A stretch of DNA of 53,804 nt from Chiloscyllium plagiosum (GCF_004010195.1 NC_057711.1:70944467-70998270); one strand, 5' to 3'; shown: positions 1 through 12,998, counted from the first letter of the stretch. Numbers and translations: made by a program. The notes: generated from the sequence alone by a model not told the origin.

Positions 1-1351
1 GTGGTTTCAGTCAGGGATTTGCACAGAAATCAGTTAGAGATCTAGTCAGTCTTCAGACAGGGGGTGGGCGGATAGGTGGGTGGGCCATAGTTGGTCCTGG
101 GAGTCACCTCAGTGAAAATGAAGCCATTTTTCAGGAATCATGGATGTGGGAAGAAAGTTGGAAATAAATTCTGAGGCTTGGAGACAGCATGCTGGGATGC
201 TGAGCAACATATGAACAGGAGAACCTCAACAGGTGACAGGGTAGATGAAAGTGTATTGGAGAACATAAGTTACTGTGGAAGGGACTTCATCGATGGTCAC
301 TGGCTTCAGACGTGGGTGGACAATGCAGCACAATGGTTGGCATTATTCAGCTGTGCAGTTGGGGCACAGAGGGATGGGAGATGGCATCAGAATTCAAGGA
401 GGTGTGTGGGAATCTGTGGAAGCTTTGTACTGATGGGCTCAACAGAGTATGCAAGGCAGATAGGAACGTAGGGGTTCAGAAGGCTATTGAATACCTTGCT
501 GACCCTAAGACTCTTTTCCACGTGTGACCTGTCTTCCATATTCATACAATGAGCAATGGCTGTGACCACAGAGGGCAAAGTGAGTGTTTTGTTCCTGCTT
601 AAGCACGCAAGCTGTACTTGTGAGTGGTGTGAGACAATTCAAGGGGAACTGGAATTAATCAGTCACTTTCACAATACAAGTTGAATGAAGATATATGACC
701 CTGCATGTGAAATGCATGCAATGTCCAATGGACAAAACCTGGTCACAAGCAATCTTGACTATGTCATTTGTCATTGCAGATTGAAGATAGTCATCTCTGT
801 GGGGCAAAGGTAATCTCAGACGACCTTAAAAATGGCACCTGCAAGCCACTATTCACAAAGACAATCCCAGATGTCATAAGTCACTCAAGAGCATGGAGCA
901 GATTTCACCTGGAACTGTAAATATTTGTCAATGTGCAATGTTGCCTTTTTCAAGTGATATGAGGTTTGAGAGGAGAGTAATCATAATCATTCAGCATTTC
1001 CAAATTCCTACTGTATTTATAAGACATGGCTTGTGCTACATTCATCAGATGAAGGTCCACTACGTCAAAGGTCATGGTCGAGGCATTCCATGGCCCTCCT
1101 TGTCTGAATTCTCATTGTCTCACTCTATCGAGGACTGTGCGAAACCATTACTTGTGAGGGGTTGAACGCTGACTGCTCACATTACTAAGAACTTCCTCTG
1201 TTTTTTATGTTCCCCACACAGTTTCAATGGAAGTGTGACCAATAGATACAGCTATAGAAGGGCTTATTGTCACTGTTGCTTACTGCAATGTTAGTACAGA
1301 GAAATGAAGGACCTGAAGCAGCAATAAGTCCAGGAATAGTAGCAACCTCCA

Positions 1352-1643
1352 GTCATAGAGCAATAGAGTCTTAGAGTCATATAGATGTACAACATGGAAA
1401 CAGACCTTTCAGACCAACTCGTCCATGCCGACCAGATATCCAACCCAATCTAGTCCCACTTACCAGCATCTGGTCCATCTCCCTCCAAACCCTTCCTATT
1501 CACATACCCCATCCAGATGCCTTTTAAATGTTGCAATTGTACTAGCTTCCACCACTTCCTCTGGCATTTCATTCCATACACGTACCACCCTCTGTGTGAA
1601 AAAATTAGATCTCTATAAGATCACCCCTCAGCCTCCGACGCTC
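1352..1643 (-). mobile_element. CR1 LINE 3' end with internal deletion
   Basis: (tagagtca)n tail on + strand and 3' UTR homologous to 3778-4163 and to the reverse complement of 25475-25865. Confidence 0.85.
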
Positions 1644-1737
1644 CTATTCCTCTATTTTATATTCCCCTATTTTATTCCCAATTTCATAGTTCATGCACTA
1701 CTTCAACACAGCTTACATTATAAAGCTACATAGCCTA

Positions 1738-3777
1738 TATTTTCCCCTCTAACTCTAAACCTATACCTTCTAGCTCTGGAGTCCCCCACCCCAGGGAGAA
1801 AACTTTGTCTATTTATCCTTTCCATGCCCCTCTTGGTTTTATAAATGTCTATAAGGTCAACCCTCAGCCTCCGACGCTCCAGGGCAAATAGCCCCAGCCT
1901 ATTCAACCTCTCCCTATAGCTGATATCCTCCAACTCTGGCAACATCTTTGTAAATCTTTTCTGAATCCTTTCAAGTCTCACAAGATCCTTCTGATAGGAA
2001 GGAGACTAGAATTGCACACAATACTCCAACAGTGGCCTAACTAATGTCCTCTACAGCTGCAACATGACCTCTCAACTTCTATACTCATACTCTGACCAAT
2101 AAAGGAAAGCATACCAAATACCTCTTCACTATCCTATCTACCTGCGACTCCACTTTCAAGGAGCTATGAACCTGCACTCCAAGGTCTCTTTGTTCAGCAA
2201 CACTCACTGAGACCTTTCCATTAAGTGTATAAATCCTGCTAAGATTTGCTTTCCTAAAAATCAGCATCTCGCATTTATCTAAATTAAACGTCATCTGCCA
2301 CTCCTCAGCCCTCTGGCCCATCTGATCAAGATCCCATTGTAATCTGAGGTAATCTTCTTCGCTGTCCACTACACTTCCAATTTTGCTGTCATTTGCAAAC
2401 TTATTTACTATACCTCTTATGCTCACATCCAAATCATTTATGTAAATGACAAAAAGTAGAGGGCCCAGCACCGATCCTTGTGGCACTCCACTGGTCACAG
2501 GCCTCCAGTCTGAAAACTAGTTCTGGACTCCCTCATCCCATGCAAAAAACCTTGTCTATTTACCCTATCCATGCCCCTCATGATTTTATAAACCTCTATG
2601 AGGTCACCCCTCAGCCTCCGACACTCCAGGGAAAACCGCCCCAGCCTATTCAGCCTCTGTGTTTAGCTGATATCCTCCAACTCTGGCAACATCTTTGTAA
2701 ATCTTTTCTGAACCCTTTCAAGTCTCACAAGATCCTTCTGATAGGAAGGAGACTAGAATTGCACACAATACTCCAATAGTGGCTTAACTAATGTCCTCTA
2801 CAGCTGCAACATGACCTCTCAACTTCTATACTCATACTCTGACCAATAAAGGAAAGCATACCAAATACCTCTTCACTATCCTATCTACCTGCAACTCCAC
2901 TTTCAAGGAGCTATGAACCTGCACTCCAAGATCTCTTTGTTCAGCAACACTCACTGAGACCTTTCCATTAAGTGTATAAGTCCTGCTAAGATTTGCTTTC
3001 CTAAAAATCAGCAACTCGCATTTATCTAAATTAAACGTCATCTGCCACTCCTCAGCCCACTGGCCTATCTGATCAAGATCCCATTGTAATCTGAGGTAAT
3101 CTTCTTCGCTGTCCACTACACTTCCAATTTTGCTGTCATTTGCAAACTTATTAACTATACCTCTTATGCTCACATCCAAATCATTTATGTAAATGACAAA
3201 AAGTAGAGGGCCCAGCACCGATCCTTGTGGCACTCCAATGGTGACAGGCCTCCAGTCTGAAAAACAATCCTGCACCACCACCCTCTGTCTTCTACCTTTG
3301 AGCCAGTTCTGTATCCAAATGGCTCGTTCTCCCTGGATTCCATGAGATCTAACCTTGTTAACCTGTCTCCCATGGAAACCTTGTCGAACACCTTACTGAA
3401 GTCCATATAGATCATGTCAACCACTCTACCCTTATCAATCCTCTTTGTTACTTCTTCAAAAAGCTCCATCAAGTTTGTGAGACATGATTTTCCACACCCA
3501 AAGCCATGTTGTCTATCCCTAATCAATCCTTGCCTTTCCAAATCCATATAATTCCCATCCTTCAGGATTCCCTCCAACAACTTGCCCACCACCGATGTCA
3601 GGCCTACCGGTCTAGAGTTCCTTGGGTTGTCCTTACCACCTTTCTTAAATAGGGGCACCACATTAGCCAACCTCTAGTCTTCTGGCACCTCACCTGTGAC
3701 TATCGATGATACAAATTTCTCAGCAAGGGGCCCAGCAATCAATTCCCTAGCTTCCAATAGAGTTCTCGGGTACACCT
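1738..3777 (-). mobile_element. CR1 LINE ORF2 reverse-transcriptase region, disabled, with ~747-bp internal tandem duplication
   Basis: ORF fragments ANVVPLFKKG..RPVGLTSVVGKLLE, GVPQGSVLGPLLFVIYINDL..KFANDSK (twice) and LERIQKRFTKM..LERRRLR; 1770-2516 is repeated at 2517-3263. Confidence 0.95.
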
Positions 3778-4163
3778 AGAGTCATAGAGTCATAGAGATG
3801 TACAGCACAGAAACAAACCATCAGTCCAACTTGTCCATGCCGACCAGATAACCCAACCCAATCTAGTCCCACGTGCCAGCACCCGGCCCATATTCATCCA
3901 AACCCATCCAGGTGCCTTTTAAATGTTGCAATTTTACTTGCCTCCACCACTTCCTCTGATAGCTCATTCCATACACATACCACCCTCTGTGTGAAGAAGT
4001 TGCCCCTTAGGTCCCTTTGATATCTTTCCCCTCTCACCCTAAACCTATGCCCTCTAGTTCTGGACTCCCCCACCCCAGGGAAAAGACCATGTCTATTTAT
4101 CCTATCCATGCCCCTCATGATTTTTTAAACCTCTGTAAGGTCACCCCTCAGCCTCCGACGCTC
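3778..4163 (-). mobile_element. CR1 LINE 3' end
   Basis: ORF 3894-4118 [29 protein letters not shown] and (agagtcat)n tail. Confidence 0.9.
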
Positions 4164-4468
4164 CTGTTCCTCTATTTTATATTCCCCTATTTTATTCCCC
4201 TATTTTATAGAACATGCACTACTTCAACACAGCTTACATTATAAAGCTACATATCCTATTATTAAACTGCCACAAAAGGCAATGTATTATTTTTGTAACG
4301 TATCTTTCCTAGCTGCAAAATCATATGAACTCAAACTACTGAAACCACAAGACTATAAGATGTAGGAACAGAAGTAGGTCAGTTAGCTCAAATTGTTTTA
4401 ATCCTTTCCCTCCCAGGGAGTTCTAGGATTTTGACCCTGATCCTGACAGAATTGAAGTTAGTATGTCT

Positions 4469-4812
4469 GATCAGGTCATGGGGATTTATCCACCTTTATT
4501 CGTTTCAAGACATCCAGCTCTTCCTCCTCTGTAGTATGGACATTTTTCAAGACGTCACCATCTATTTCCCTACATTCTATATCTTCATGTCCTTTTCCAC
4601 AGTAAACACTGATAGAAAATATTGGTTTAGTATCTCTCCCACCTCTTGCGGCTCCACACAAAGGCTGCCTTGCTGATCTTTGAGGGGCCCTATTCTCTCC
4701 CTACTTACCCTTTTGTTCTTAATATATTTTCTTAACCAAACCCTCAATTTCTATCGTCATCCAGCATTCCCTACACCTACCAGCCTTTCCTCTCACCCTA
4801 ACAGGAATGTAC
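4469..4812 (-). mobile_element. CR1 ORF2 linker region, likely continuation of the 1738-3777 copy
   Basis: DVLKRIKVDKSP fragment; reverse-complement homology to the + strand CR1 near 20320-20520. Confidence 0.8.
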
Positions 4813-5002
4813 ACTATGGTTGCTGAACAGCCTTCACATGAAGAGATTGTAATTTAAGGTCCCTAGGCAATGCAGAGGTGGCACAGAAGGCCTGAAGTTT
4901 ATCATCCTCATGGACATTTTCTTCAGATGAGTGCAGCATAATACTGTCCTCACATAGTCCCCACAAACTGTGGATGTTCTGGGAAACCATCATGGAATTA
5001 TA

Positions 5003-5755
5003 ATAAAAAAGGGTGGCACTGGAAAAGCACAGCAGGTGAAGCAGCATCTGAGGAGCAGGAGAGTCGACATTTCAACATAAACCCTTCATCATGAATATGG
5101 AGGGGGAAGGGGCATGAGAGATAAATAGAGGGCTCAGCCTGGGGGGATGTTAGGTGGGAAGGCAATAGTTGGATGCATGTCCTTTGGGGAGTGCAAGAGG
5201 GAGTTGAAATGGTCAGCTACAGGGCCATAGGGTTGTTTGGTTTGAGTCACAGGACAGTGGAAGGGCATGCAAGTACTGGGCCTCCTCCACCGTCAAATCC
5301 AAGCCACCCGACGATTAGAAGAAGAATGCCTCATCGTCCACCTCAAGACCCTTCAACCATACCGCATCAACATCGACTTCATCAGTTTCCAAATCTCTCC
5401 TCCCCTCCCACCCCACCTCATCCCAGATCCAACCCTCCAACTCGGCACCACCCTTTTGACCTGTCCTACCTGTTCATTTTCCTTCCCACCTATCCTCTCC
5501 ACCCTCCCCACCAACCTATCACAATTACCCTCCCATTTCCATCCACCTATCGCCTTCCCAGCTACCTTCTCCCCAGCCCCAGCCCCACCCCTCTATTTAT
5601 CTCTCAGCCCCCTTCCCCCTCAATGTTCCTAATGAAGGGCTTATGCCCGAAATGTCGATTGTCCTGCTCCTGGGATGCTGCTTACCTGCTGTGCTTTTCC
5701 AGTGTCACCCTTTTCAATTCTGACTCTCCAGCATCTGTAATCCTCACTTTTTCCT
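5003..5755 (+). mobile_element. Penelope-like element, family A, truncated, with inverted terminal segment
   Basis: GIY-YIG C-terminus RRLEEECLIVHLKTLQPYRINIDFISF; about 5006-5175 is an inverted copy of about 5540-5714; TSD tcat(g/a)gaattata at 4990-5002 and 5756-5768; decayed hammerhead CTAATGA..GAAATGTC at 5629-5656. Confidence 0.85.
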
Positions 5756-5972
5756 TCATAGAATTATACCAATTGCTGGAGTGGGACCTGCAACCTGAAG
5801 GGATGGGCGGTGATCCTACCCCAAGGGCTGACCTAGGTGACACCTTCTATGTGATTGAGAATGGCAGCATTGGACACAACAAGCTAGATAGGTCTTAATT
5901 GACAGCCAATCCCAATAGAAGCAACCTGGGTGCAGTGATCACTCCAGTAGATTTGTATGTTTGTGAATTTGA

Positions 5973-6260
5973 TGCTGCCTCACAGCTCCAGGGTCCCAGG
6001 TTCGATTCCAGCCTCGGGTGACTGTCTGTGTGGAGTTGCACATTCTCCCTGTGTCTGCATGGGTTTCCTCCAGGTGCTCCGGTTTCCTCCCACAATCCAA
6101 AGATGTGCAGGTCAGGTGAATTGGCTATCCTAAATTGCCCATAGTGTTAGGTGCATTAGTTAGAGGGGAATGGGTCTGAGTGGGTTACCCTTTGGAGGGT
6201 CAATGTGGACTGGTTGGGCCGAAGGGCCTGTTTCCACACTGTGGGGAATCTAATCTAATC
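5973..6260 (+). mobile_element. HE1-type tRNA-derived V-SINE, 5'-truncated
   Basis: B box ggttcgattcc at 5999-6009, V-SINE core gggtttcctcc..ggtttcctcccaca..ccaaaga, (aatct)n tail. Confidence 0.9.
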
Positions 6261-6680
6261 AAATACAAGCAGTTCCAGTCTTTTCCCAGAAGCAAATACC
6301 ATTTGTGCGTGTTTTCTGCTGTAGCTGAATAAAATTATTTGAATGATGGTCCAATATTGAACAATGAGAAGGAGTTAGTTTACACTGAGTGCTGGGGAAA
6401 GAGTAGCTCTCCCTGAGATCAGGGTTCTAAAATCATCATAAGGATGGCTAACCTGTGTAGTTTGGTCCCTAAGTAACAATTCACTTACAAGTGTATTGGC
6501 AGGGAAGTTCAGCTGTGCCACTTATGTGCACTGAGAAGTGTTTTTTTTTTTGGTTCCTCAGCCACCATGTGCACTGTGAAAGACAACTCCTGGTTAGCAG
6601 AAAATGATTAGAAAAATGGGTGGTCTTTAAAAATGGCACGAGAAGGCCTGAGGCTCTTCAGCCTCTGGTAAAAGGGAGTA

Positions 6681-7280
6681 TCATAGAATCATAATAATAG
6701 GAGCAGGAGTAGGCCATCTGGCCCAAAGAGCCTGCTCCACCTTTCATCAAGATCATGGCTGACCTATCCATTGTCTCAGCTCCTCCTATCTGCATTATCC
6801 CCATAACCCTTAATTCCCCTATCACGCAAAAACCCATCCAATTGGGTATTGAATATATTTAATGAAGCTGCCTCTACTGCCTTCCATAGATTCACTAATC
6901 TCTGGGAAAAGCAGTTCCTCCTCATCTCTGTCCTCCTAATCTTGAGGCCATGTTCCCTACTCCTAGTCTCACCCAGCAGTGGAAACGACTTACCTGCTTC
7001 TATCTTATTGATTCCTGTCTTAATTTTATATGTTTCTATAAGATCCCCTCTCATTCTTCTAAATTCTAGCAAGTACAGTACCAGGCAACTCAACCTACCC
7101 TCATAGGGTAACCCTCTCATCTCTGAAATCTACCTGGTGAAGCTCCTCTGCACCACCTCCAAAGCCAGTATATCCATCCTCAAGTAAGGAGACCAGAACT
7201 GCACACAGTACTCCAGCTGAGGCCTCACCAACACCTTGTACAATTGCAGCAGTACCTCCCTGCTCTTAAATTCAATCCTC
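6681..7280 (-). mobile_element. CR1 LINE 3' fragment, second subfamily
   Basis: ORF 6776-7120 LEFRRMRGDLIETYKI..RRNCFSQRLVNLW. Confidence 0.9.
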
Positions 7281-7428
7281 TGACATTTGCCCCGGATGTG
7301 GAAGACAGAGAAATCAGTGCCCGCTTTATAGGCAGGAACCTGGAGCTGCTGCTGCTGGATGGGCTACTGCATAGACAGAACTTCCTCTTCCCCCATGACC
7401 AAGCAGTGGGGGCCATAACACTAGACCA
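7280..7428 (+). repeat. Inverted copy of 8572-8716 (Myb/SANT-like remnant)
   Basis: Alignment by eye; translates SARFIGRNLELLLLDGLLHRQNFLFP. Confidence 0.85.
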
Positions 7429-8117
7429 CACCCGTGGGGTGTTATAGCAGTGGTGTGTATATGTAATAAGATGAGTTTCAGAACACTTCTCATTCAGAAA
7501 AATAATAAATATTATTATTTATTATTAACTTACTTTACATATAAGAAATTAAACTATGTAAGCATATACTGATGATATTCAGAACTTCAGATCAGCAGCA
7601 TAATCATTTCTATTTTATTCTCACATTTGGTTTTGATTATGTATTTGTGTAACTTAGATCTTTGTCTAGACTTCAGCTTTTTTTAAGTTCATAACTGGAC
7701 ATATATCAACATTAATTTCCTCCTGACTCAAAAATCGCTCCAGCAGTTTTTCTAAAATAAACTCTGACTTAATCTTCTGTATTAGATAGAAATTTCTTTT
7801 AAAACTGGAGATTAAGAAATATTTAGTTGTCATTCTCATCCATTCAAAAATGTCTTATATTTAGCTTTTCTCTTACCTTTTGTCATTACTTGAAAGAAAT
7901 CTAGGTTGAACGTCCTCATCTCCAGCTAGCTAACAGTGGGCTGGAGTTAGGCGCTGGGGACCTTCACTCTTGACACTATCAGAGAATCTGAATCACAAAA
8001 ACATCAACCTATCTGCAAAGCATCAGGAGGCACTTATGCCAATGCGAGCAGAGGTGGGGGAAGAGGAAAATGCAACCACTACCCAAGAGTGCAGTATATA
8101 AAATGTTGGATCAATCC

Positions 8118-8405
8118 GTGGGCAGCACGGTGGTTAGCACTGCTGCCTCACAGCGCCAGAGACCTGGGTTCAATTCCCGCCTCAGGCGACTGACTGTGTG
8201 GAGTTTGCACATCCTCCCCGCGTCTGCGTGGGTTTCCTCTGGATGCTACGGTTTCCTCCCACAGTCCAAAGATGTGCAGGTCAGGTGAATTGGCCATGCT
8301 AAATTGCCCGTAGTGTTAGGTGTAGGGGTATGGGTGGGCCGCGCTTTGGCGGGTTGGTGTTGACTTGTTGGGCCGAACGGCCTGTTTCCACACTGTAGGT
8401 AATCT
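8118..8405 (+). mobile_element. HE1-type V-SINE, near full length
   Basis: tRNA-like head ggcagcacggtggttagcac..gggttcaattccc, V core, 3' end shared with 5973-6260. Confidence 0.92.
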
Positions 8406-8467
8406 AAAAAAAATCAGGGGAAACAAAACAATGGAACTGTTTTATGATCTTCAACGTAAAGGCCCCT

Positions 8468-8716
8468 ACCTAGCAAAACTGGAGGACACCACTTCTTGGT
8501 ATTGATTTGTGCAACTGATTCATTCTGGCATTCTGCTCTAATGTGGGTGGCAACCTTGGAGCAGGCTGGCATGGTCTAGTGTTATGGCCTCCACTGATAG
8601 TCCTAGAGGGAGAGGAAGTTCAGCCTGTGCAGTAGCCCATCCAGCAGCAGCTCCAGGTTCCTGCCTACAAAGTGGGCACTGATTTCTCTGTCTTCCACAT
8701 CTGGGGCAAATGTCAG
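8468..8716 (-). pseudogene. Myb/SANT-like (Harbinger accessory protein, NAIF1-like) remnant
   Basis: Minus translation SAHFVGRNLELLLDGLLHRLNFL..TMPACSKVATHIRA resembles the Myb/SANT N-terminus and the copy at 44435; contains stops. Confidence 0.55.
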
Positions 8717-8910
8717 GAACTATGCAGGGCAGCTCCAGGCTGACAGTCCTTGACGAGTGTACAAATAGCCACAAACTTAACAGGGATGCCAATACCTTCC
8801 AAGATGTCCAGTGAGAGGCAAATTATTCCATAAATATTGTGGGGTAAGATGGGACTGAAATCAAATCTGATTCTCACTGCAACGACTCAAACAGCAATTA
8901 ATATGACATA

Positions 8911-9004
8911 ACCAGAAATTGCTAGAGAATCTCAACAGGTCTGGCAGCATCTGTGGGAAGAAAGCAAAATTAACCTTTCGAGTCTGGTAACTCTTAATCA
9001 GAAA
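8911..9004 (-). mobile_element. Old PLE terminal fragment, family C
   Basis: Homologous to 10133-10234; decayed hammerhead CTGATTAAGAGTTACCAGACTCGAAAGGTT on minus strand. Confidence 0.65.
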
Positions 9005-10132
9005 TGTTACTCATAATGAATGTGTTTTGTTTGGTAAGAGACAATGAGAAAACCCGTTCGACCTTGCTGCAAGAATCACTTCACTAAACTCAACATGACT
9101 CACACTTAGCCAAAAGAATGAAAGGTTCAGCTCATAGTTCGTATTGAGATGGCAAAAAGAAATTTTACTGTGCTATAATTTGTTGTTTTAATATCCTGCA
9201 CCTCTGCAGAATATACTCTATTGGCTAGCATTTTTATAATTTAACATGTCATACAATATTTTGGTGCTTTTACAAAATTGTAACAATTTGCCACTGCAGA
9301 AGGAATTCTTTTACTTGTGTCTTAATGCAGCTTGCCATTGTATTGATATCGACCATACAATTATTCCTGCAAGGGACAGCTGCTGTTACATTTTTCAAAA
9401 TCAAACCTCAGATATTGTCTTCAAAGGGTGCTAATCAATTGTGGAAGTGGTGTGATTGTCTTACATTTTGGTGACATATGCTATCCCATTTATAAATATA
9501 CAATTGTATAATGTTATATGAATGAAAAATGTTTTTGTTTCAAATCCTCTTGACTTGAAATTTCTGCTTGATTTCGCCATTTTTTTGAGTGAAATTCCCC
9601 AATACTGTGTGACTGCTTTTTAAACGTTCACAAAATTTTAAGTGTAGATTGTATTCATTGCCTTTCCAGCTCCAATGATCTTTTGTGGTAGCTTTGAAGA
9701 TGTCATGCTAAAAGTAGACCTGGCCCATTAAACTGATCTTTCCCCAGATTAAATTGTTCATTGCCAGAAGTTTCTGCTAATTGGTCTCGTTCACAGACCT
9801 TTGAATGGGTTCCAAAAATTAATAAACTGGATTGTTTAGGAGCAAGGACTCCAATGCTTTGAAATATATTGATTTTTAAAAATTACTTGAAGCACTAACT
9901 ACTGTATTGAAATCTGACGAAAATAGTTTTACATATTTGCATAAATGACATTTTGTACTATTTAGATTTGGGTAACTCAGTTTATGGTTTGTCACTGCAA
10001 TTAAACAAGCATATTTTCTCTATTAAATACATTAATCAAACTTTGCCAAGTTACCACTCTTAAATACATTATGAAGCATTTAAAGAAACAACATTCACTT
10101 TAGAATTATATTTTAAAATTTTTCTCAATTAT

Positions 10133-10234
10133 AAACAAAAAAACAGAAATTGATGGAAAAACTCAGCAGGTCTGGCAGCATTTCTGGAGAGAAAGCAGAA
10201 TTAACGTTTCAGTCCAGTGACCCTTCTTTAGAAC
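10133..10234 (-). mobile_element. Old PLE terminal fragment, family C, with degenerate hammerhead
   Basis: Minus strand 10201-10233 reads CTAAAGA-A-GGGTC-ACTG-GACT-GAAAC-GTT. Confidence 0.7.
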
Positions 10235-11535
10235 TGTAGACATGTTTTGCATGTGGCTGTTGCCCACAGAGCATGACCAAGATGCTGGGTCTGGTTATCA
10301 GCATGGAGGTCACTCAAAGCAAGCAATGAGCTAAATCCACCAGGTACCCACTCTGGTTTCTTTGTTGTGTTTTCCCGATATTGGGCTTTTTGGCTGAGTT
10401 TGGTAAGATAAAAGTCTGAATGTTAATGTAGTGAGCTTTGGTGTTAACAAGTGTTAATGACCATCAACTGCATCTTGCCCCTGCCTGGCAAGAATTTCAC
10501 CATGTTGTTTGAGAAAAGGTGAAAGAATAGACGGAGCTTCTCATGGCATTCAGATGGTCTTTGCAATACACATCATCCAATTCCGCCACACCATCTCACT
10601 ATAGCCCACATCACTCAGACCCCCATAAGGTTCTGCCCAAAGTCTGTCTTCGTATTTTTTGTATCAAAATTAATTCCATATTATTAGCTGATTAATCAGT
10701 GTTAATTGACTGTTTATGACCACGGAATGTACCAAAGTTAATCCTGCAGATGGGGCCAAATGATCTTCTTCTGCACTGTAAGACTTCTATGATTTTGCTC
10801 TTTTCCAATGATGGCTCCTGCCTCCCTCTCCCCAGCTTACTACACCGTCTCATAGCCTCGAGTATGAGATAAACCACTGAACCACTATTCCTGTTCAAAA
10901 TTGCAAACAACTGGACATGGTTTAAAGATCAAATTTGGGTCATTTTTAGCTATTAAGCTGACTTACAAAATTAAAGAAAGTTACCAATGAGAACCTTCTA
11001 AAGGAATCGGCTAAATTGCTGATACTTCAATTCAGTTTTCACCATATTTTTATTCTGAAAAAGATTTCTGACTTAGAAAATATAGCATTTGAAACCAAGT
11101 ACTGCTAACAGCAGTATTCACACGTATGTCCTGGACCTACCACTAGGGAGATAAGAAGAGGTTCTACAAAGGGCAACTGTGAAATACTTATTTAAATCTT
11201 TCACTAAAGGCTGCATTTCGCTTGTGGCACCTTTTAAATTTTCTTAATATCTTGACGTTTCTGACTGACCAGATAGATTTATAGTTAAAAGAAATTGAAT
11301 TGTTTAGGGGTTACATTACTTCTTTACGTTAGTGAAGGAACAAGACCTATGGTGAAAATATTACAATTAAGAAGGTAAGCAAATCCAATTCAGTGCTCTT
11401 CATGTTTCTTTTTTGTGTACTTCTATTTTAGTAAGTCCCTGTAAAAAGTTAGATAAATTGAATGAAAAAAATATCGGTGTTGAACGTACCCATTGACAAT
11501 GAGTATGGGACATAATGGGTGTATCATTTTTATGG

Positions 11536-11750
11536 GAGTCAGTTAGCTCAGTTGGTTGGATGCTGGTTTGTGATGCCAAGTGTGGATTCAGTTCCCATAC
11601 TGGTTGAGTTTACCATGAAGGATTCACCTACGCAACCTCTCTTCTTGCCTGAGATGTAATGATCATTAGGTCAAACCACTACCAGTTGTCGCTCCCTTCA
11701 ATGAGAGAGCAGCCCTATGTTCTTGTAAAACAGTGGTAACTTTTCCTTAA
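11536..11750 (+). mobile_element. tRNA-derived SINE, unassigned family
   Basis: A-box-like tagctcagttgg and B-box-like ggattcagttccc; 3' part aatgagagagcagccct shared with 42230-42405. Confidence 0.65.
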
Positions 11751-12863
11751 CTTGCCACAATTTTCTCCCAAGACTAGTTGAACTTTCCCTTTTTTCAGAG
11801 CGGAACTCTTGTCATCTGAGCCCAGTGGTTCTTCAACCAAGTCAGCACTCATTTGAGGGGAAATGTGCGTACTGCTTCTGTTGGCAAATAGTTAAGCTTT
11901 CTTCCCTTCCTACCTCTCCTGCAGCCTCATTCTCTGTGAATATCCTAGTGTATTTTTCTCGTCCCACTTTCTTTCTCCCACCCTTCTCCACTAAATAAAT
12001 ATTTTTGAGCTGATGATTGGGAAAGTGAGCCATTACTCAAGAGATGAAAAAGAAAGCTTGGGAGCCTCCTTTCTCTTCCATAATTGTGTCTTCCTTCTCC
12101 TCCCCAGCCATAACTACCAGGACCTTAGAGAGCTGGTACAGATACATCTGTTCTCTTTGAAAACTAGAATAGAACTCTTTGTCTCCACCCACCTGTGTGA
12201 CATCTGTGGGATGGGTGCAGTCAATGTACCATGAGGTTTAACTCTTCAGAACCATTATTTCAAAGCTTCCCACTCGACTGTTGTTCCACCATCCCCACAA
12301 TATTTAAGGAAAGTTAGAGCAATTGTAGGGTAAGTTCATTAATCTTGAACACACACACACCAACAGCCTACTCATTCGGACTTGGAGTTCAAAGGCTCAG
12401 CACATGTGCGGTTGACCACTATAAGCTTAGAAATTGCTTAACTTACCCTTGAGTTAGATGGGAAGCTGCAATGGGAAGATCATGGTTAGAATCTTTGCTT
12501 GCGGTGTGATTTCTGAGTCCTCAATTTCTGTGCAGCAAGTATAAATAAGATACAAGAAACGTACCGATTTCCTTACATGAGCACTGATTTCTTGTTACTC
12601 TAACTTTTGAAAAATGTTCTTTGTAAAGACTGAAGTCCAGGATAATTGTTTAGCTTATTGGAGATACCTTTGTAAGACCATTAAAGATCAATAATTCAGA
12701 CTGCTGACATTTTTTTATTGTTTTTCCTTACAGTGCCAGTGATTATGTGTACTCCCTCCCATTTAAAGTGGATGTATTCACTTTATCCTGTTGTTTCATA
12801 CTTTCTGGTTTGACTTGAAAGTTTCCCGATTGAGTCCACTGACTCACCTGTCCCCATCTACAG

Positions 12864-12998
12864 AATTCATTCCCAATGAAGGGCTTTTGCCTGACACATA
12901 GATTTTCCTGCTCCTTGGATGCTGCCTGACCTGTTGTGCTTTTCCAGCACCACACTCTCGACTTGAATCTCCAGCATTTGCAGTCCTCACTTTCGCCC
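12864..12998 (+). mobile_element. PLE family A terminal fragment
   Basis: Homologous to 5625-5752 and 45667-45791; decayed hammerhead ccaatgaagggcttttgcctgacac. Confidence 0.8.

Noticed and set aside
1..1350. Short ORFs (178-471, 312-527, 893-1165) as host exons or transposase
   Set aside because: No recognisable motif or convincing splice pair; may be a decayed repeat but I cannot assign it.
5173..5898. 241-aa proline-rich ORF
   Set aside because: Off-frame read-through of the C-rich PLE 3' region.
5770..6550. Possible Harbinger transposase remnant on the minus strand (LLGD-like trace near 6455-6480)
   Set aside because: Too degenerate to support by eye; needs a profile search.
5973..8405. 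tRNA genes suggested by A/B boxes
   Set aside because: These are SINE heads continuing into the V-SINE core; no complete cloverleaf.
12700..12760. Strong + strand splice acceptor (also at ~15070 and ~42731)
   Set aside because: No matching donor or coherent reading frame downstream; expected by chance in T-rich DNA.
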